Origin: Gammaproteobacteria bacterium | GTDB lineage: Bacteria; Pseudomonadota; Gammaproteobacteria; Xanthomonadales; SZUA-36 | NCBI GenBank assembly: GCA_030426265.1 | Contig: JAUHYP010000013.1 | Span: 3,817 to 67,816, forward strand | Direction of reading: 5' to 3' | DNA length: 64,000 nt | Part shown: positions 63,192 through 64,000 of the stretch, piece after piece | Layout of the letters: each line of letters starts with the position of its first letter | How positions within the stretch are numbered: position 1 is the stretch's first letter | Notes under the pieces: generated by a model | What the model was told of the DNA's origin: nothing | The model's database searches: none | The model's input: the letters and a program-made list of their open reading frames with translations, nothing else | Position numbers and translations under genes: made by a program

Positions 63192-64000
63192 TCAGCCGAG
63201 TCCCATCTGCCGCAGCGCGGCGCGGCCCAGCACGCCGTAGGGGCTGGCCAGGGTCTCGATGACCTCGAAGTGGTTGTAGTGCTCCGCAACCACCCTATCG
63301 ACCGGTTTTCCGGCGGCGCGCACCGCCACGACAAAATCCCTGGACTGGCGCTGGAATTCGGGGCTCTCGAGCGTGCCGTAGGCGACGACGATCGGCGCGT
63401 TCAGCCGGTCGAGGTGCCGCTGGGGGCTGAGATCCTGGATCGTCGGGTCGTCGAAATGGACGTACTCGCGCCGGCTGGAGCGGCTGACCGGCTCGAGGTC
63501 GAACATGCCGCTGCAGAGCAGACCGCCTTTCACGAGCCTGGCCGGCAGGCCGAATGTCCCGGCCCAGTCGGTGGTCATTGCCACACCGGCCAGGTGCGCG
63601 CCGGCCGAGTGGCCCGAGAGATAGATTCTTTCCGGGTCGACGTTCAATGACACGGCATTCCGGTAGATCCAGGCCAGAGCGCGCCGCACCTGGTCGGCCA
63701 ACGGCATCAGCCGTGCGTCGGTGTCGTTCACCGAGGCATAGTTGACGGCGATGAAATGGGCGCCCGCGTTGACGAAATTCTCGGCCAGGAAGGCGTAGTC
63801 GCGCGTGTGGCCGGTCACCCAGGCGCCGCCGCGGATGTAGACGTGCACCGGCGCTGCCGCGGAACCCTCGCTGGTCCCCGTGGCCGGATAGACGTCCAGC
63901 GTCTCGGCCTCCGTGTCGCCGTATGAAAAGGTCCGGGGCTCGCCCAGGCGGCTGCGTGCGAGCTCGCTGTTGCGGCTGTAGCGCTGAAGCACGTCCCGCA
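63192..64000 (-). CDS. alpha/beta hydrolase (esterase / arylformamidase-like), probably continuing beyond the window
   Basis: HVYIRGGAW oxyanion region, nucleophile elbow LSGHSAGAHL, and the C-terminal YNHFEVIETLASPYG. The frame is open to the window edge. Confidence 0.75.
   Translation of the reverse strand, partial: RDVLQRYSRNSELARSRLGEPRTFSYGDTEAETLDVYPATGTSEGSAAAPVHVYIRGGAWVTGHTRDYAFLAENFVNAGAHFIAVNYASVNDTDARLMPLADQVRRALAWIYRNAVSLNVDPERIYLSGHSAGAHLAGVAMTTDWAGTFGLPARLVKGGLLCSGMFDLEPVSRSSRREYVHFDDPTIQDLSPQRHLDRLNAPIVVAYGTLESPEFQRQSRDFVVAVRAAGKPVDRVVAEHYNHFEVIETLASPYGVLGRAALRQMGLG

Overview
This is 64 kb of high-GC, densely coding, proteobacterial-type chromosome with about 50 CDS. I recognised no rRNA, tRNA, CRISPR array, transposase or integrase. 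All product calls come from motifs read in the supplied translations; no database was searched.

Layout:
- 0-19.2 kb: envelope and secreted functions. These are a Tat-exported lactonase-like protein, a GH9 glycoside hydrolase, a co-directional ECF-sigma/Ser-Thr-kinase pair followed by three unknown secreted proteins, an OsmC-like protein, a TonB-dependent receptor with a Fur-box-like site, and a DUF3999/DUF2339-type pair.
- 19.2-29.7 kb: the stand-out region. It is an accessory island of about 10.4 kb bracketed by a 15-nt perfect direct repeat. It encodes three TIR-domain proteins, two caspase-like proteases, a kinase-FHA-kinase-like-TIR fusion and a lipase-like alpha/beta hydrolase. A degenerate AAA+ ATPase lies just outside the right repeat. 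All inspected catalytic residues are intact. I regard this as a candidate undescribed multi-component NAD-signalling immune or suicide system.
- 30-34 kb: a membrane-fused LytTR regulator cluster, a methyltransferase and an endolysin-like amidase.
- 34-58.5 kb: a lipid/ester uptake and beta-oxidation supercluster. It holds a GMC oxidoreductase, three esterase-type hydrolases, an MFS transporter, a TonB-dependent receptor, four SDRs, two acyl-CoA ligases, a TetR regulator, an acyl-CoA dehydrogenase, a FadB-like protein and a thiolase.
- 58.5-63.2 kb: a rearranged patch. Two 5'-truncated gene remnants, each near-identical to part of an intact gene elsewhere in the window, flank an HNH nuclease and two paralogous unknown genes. 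An orphan tail-tube-like gene and a glycine-rich IPTL-CTERM protein follow.
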